A stretch of DNA of 63,104 nucleotides, filler included, from Nemertoderma westbladi (lineage: Eukaryota > Animalia > Xenacoelomorpha), in the NCBI GenBank assembly GCA_032718475.1. It is 3 parts of 3 records of this genome, joined end to end, with 100 filler letters (N's around TTAATTAATTAA, not from the genome) between each part and the next. Parts side by side here need not be neighbours in the genome. Positions count along the whole stretch, not along the records: positions 55,559 to 63,104 come from JAUCBJ010003794.1; 2 more parts are not named here. One strand, written 5' to 3'. Within the stretch, counting starts at the first letter, position 1; every line of letters begins with the position of its first letter. Made by a program: the position numbers and the translations under genes. Under the pieces are notes generated by a model. It did no database searches and was not told the origin of the DNA. It saw only the letters and a program-made list of their open reading frames with translations. This document shows positions 60,674 through 63,104 of the stretch, one piece after another.

Positions 60674-61221
60674 TGTTGTTGGTTTCCGCGTGAGTTGCAA
60701 ATATCTGAAAAAAATATTTAAGCCTACCGGGAGACCCGTATCTACTGCAGTACTGATCTATGTCTGTAGGTACCGGGTGCGGGGTGAGTATATACTGGGT
60801 GCGGGGTGAGTATATACCGGGTGAGGGCAGAGGGTGGTAACCGCTAACCCGTCCCGTACTATGGCGTCTCAAAAGGATCGAAATCATAACAATTACTGCA
60901 GTACATTGAAATAATATAATAGTGTATGAAAATAATTATATCACTCATGAAAATATTTAAATCACTTATGAAAATATTTAAATTACATAAAAATCATGAA
61001 ATATCTAAAAGACGTCCAATTGTTATAACGGCAATAAATAATTATTGCGGCAATAAACGCTGCGCTTTAATTATTAACTGAACTTAAAATAGTTTTATTA
61101 AAAGTAAATTAATAACTAATTAATTTCACACAAATAATAATAATATCCCACCACGAAGTACGTCATGATATTAAGTCCACAAACATATTTAAGTAAAGCT
61201 GTATTTAAGTAAGCCTGCGGT

Positions 61222-61286
61222 GATAAATAATTATTGCGGCAATAAATAATTATTGCGGCAATAAATAATTATTGCGGCAATAAATA
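61222..61286. repeat. 19-bp tandem repeat AATAAATAATTATTGCGGC (3+ copies; further copies at ~61030-61057)
   Basis: Direct reading. Confidence 0.85.
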
Positions 61287-61302
61287 TGGCCCAGTGGGTT
61301 AA

Positions 61303-63103
61303 CCCTTTTAGTACTGAATTGGAAAATATCTTGTACCTCCAGAACCTGAATATATTTTATGAAATTATAAAAATATTTCTTAAACTTCAACAAATGTCAC
61401 AGGCTTGCTTCCTTTCAAAATAATCTATGTTTCCCCAATTATGAGGTTGTTTTTACCGTAGATTTCATTTCCGAAGTCTGTTTTTCTGTACAGCCTATCC
61501 TTCCTTATGTGTCTGTTGTCTGTCTGTCTGTCTGTCTGTCAAATAGAAAAATTGTGTTTCAACTGAAATCTGAATCTCCTTTTGGGTAATCAATGCCATG
61601 GAATTCGAATCTAACAATAACTTATTCATTCGATTAGCCGTTCTTCTGATATTGTCTGTCTGTCTGTCATGTTATTATGTCTGTCTGTCAAAATATTACT
61701 ATCTAATCAGTTTGTTATTACGAATTCTTAAGAAACATAAGATACCCATGTGAAAAGTTAGACTGATGAATTTCTTCATCTCAGCCACAGTGATTACCTT
61801 CCACTTCTTAGCACAAGTACCATCATCGTTTGTGTAAAATTTCTGAGCACGGATGTTTGTCCACGTGGCGACAGCTTCAAATAGCTGATCAGGTAGAAAC
61901 ACTTGGAAGTAGTCAATTACACTAAATTCAGAAGTGTCAATCCCATTGTTCCACCCCGGTGTTCCACTAAAATCGAATTGGACACTAAAACTAACGTCAC
62001 TGGCTTCAGTGACAACATCCCACCCGTCACCTGGTAGAGGTGCAATTGCATAACGAGAGCTGCTGTCTGATGAGTCGTCGGAATCATCAACAGAACCCTC
62101 ACTTGAACTACTAGCTGCATCACCCTGGTTATCCCCACTTTCCATTCCCGTCACATCGTCACCACTTTCTCCACTACCATCAACATAATCATCGACTTCA
62201 TCGTCGCTCTCATTACTTAGAGTAAAACCATAGTAATTAACAGGATGGCGATCTCTTTCAGGTCTGTCTGCCATGGCCACTGTTAGACTGTTAGACGTAC
62301 AGTCACTCAATATAGGCCCTAATAATTAATATAATCAGATAATCGTATTATATAATATAATAAATAGTATATATCAGTATATTCCAAATGGCACAAGTAG
62401 GCTGCCGGTAATAGGCTACACTTAATTTCACTAGGCCTATTACAGTATATATTATGAGAATAAATTCTACCGTAATTCTAATTCACTACGCACTACGTAC
62501 CGGTAATAATAATAATAATAATTAATTGATATAGGCCTATACCGGTAATAAATAATTATTATAAATTTATATGATAATTATAGGCCTAATAAAAAACAGC
62601 ATACGTCATACACATAAGTGCAGCAGTGCCGTAAATTGATTCACAAATGACTGACTGAATATACAATTACTAACAAATGGATGGATGGAACGTAGTAGCT
62701 TTAGTCACCTACAGGATAATATTATGATGTGTTATCCAATCACAAACGAGATAACAAACCACTCCAGGGTTTAGGGCACGGTACCCCGTAATGTATAATG
62801 GATAGTAGTCAACAATCTACCTACAACCAATTCGCCCTGCCTCAACAAAGGCAGCAAAGTTGGAAGTAAAAGGCCTAGATTTGAATCTCCATAGAAGGCA
62901 AGGTAAACCCATTAGCCAATCAAATGGCTGCAAAAAAATTTCAAAAATTATTGTCCTAAGGCACTGAATAGTGAATTGGAACACTTTCTAAGGCGCTGTT
63001 GGGTGGTGGATGGCCTGCTTATCAAGTGAGATGCCATGGTACAACAGTTGGGACATAGCGCAGGTGGTTATGGTACAACAGGTGGGACATAGTACTAAAA
63101 GGG
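61303..63103 (-). mobile_element. Internally deleted piggyBac transposon
   Basis: TTAA|CCCTTTTAGTACT ... AGTACTAAAAGGG|T (window ends in the right TSD); contains transposase N-terminus. Confidence 0.88.
61699..62274 (-). pseudogene. piggyBac transposase N-terminal fragment (no DDD catalytic core)
   Basis: Acidic S/D-rich N-terminus, FSGTPG, IDYFQVFLPDQLFE.VA.WTN.RA, W..ITVAEMKKFISLTFHMGI, then abrupt loss of similarity. Confidence 0.85.
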
Positions 63104-63104
63104 T

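Overview
Repeat-rich animal (metazoan) genomic DNA in three pieces joined by two artificial N-gaps that carry a TTAATTAATTAA linker (29158-29257, 55459-55558), so adjacency across the gaps is unproven. Left piece: the 3' part of a BEL/Pao LTR retrotransposon (pol, one in-frame stop) that carries, between pol and its 3' LTR, an array of about 20 small hairpins and an intact extra 844-aa ORF with a DEDDy/WRN-like 3'-5' exonuclease domain and three CCHC zinc knuckles. This is the most unusual object in the window. The element is nested in the endonuclease region of a decayed LINE, which itself holds a MITE. Then come a broken beta-lactamase-family gene, a CACTA-like non-autonomous element, SINEs, three exons of ciliary CFAP95 (minus), a deleted P element with an 8-bp TSD, and intronless CEP112 (plus); both genes have RFX X-box-like motifs upstream. 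Middle piece: a 15-bp satellite, several MITEs, exons of a class B1 (secretin-family) GPCR ectodomain that the ORF track misses, a 63-bp minisatellite and RTE LINE fragments. Right piece: tandem Helentron-like elements with X-box-like palindromes every ~150 bp, a 29-bp array ending in a foldback, most of MRPL3 (minus) and an internally deleted piggyBac. All family assignments are from motif recognition by eye; no database searches were run.
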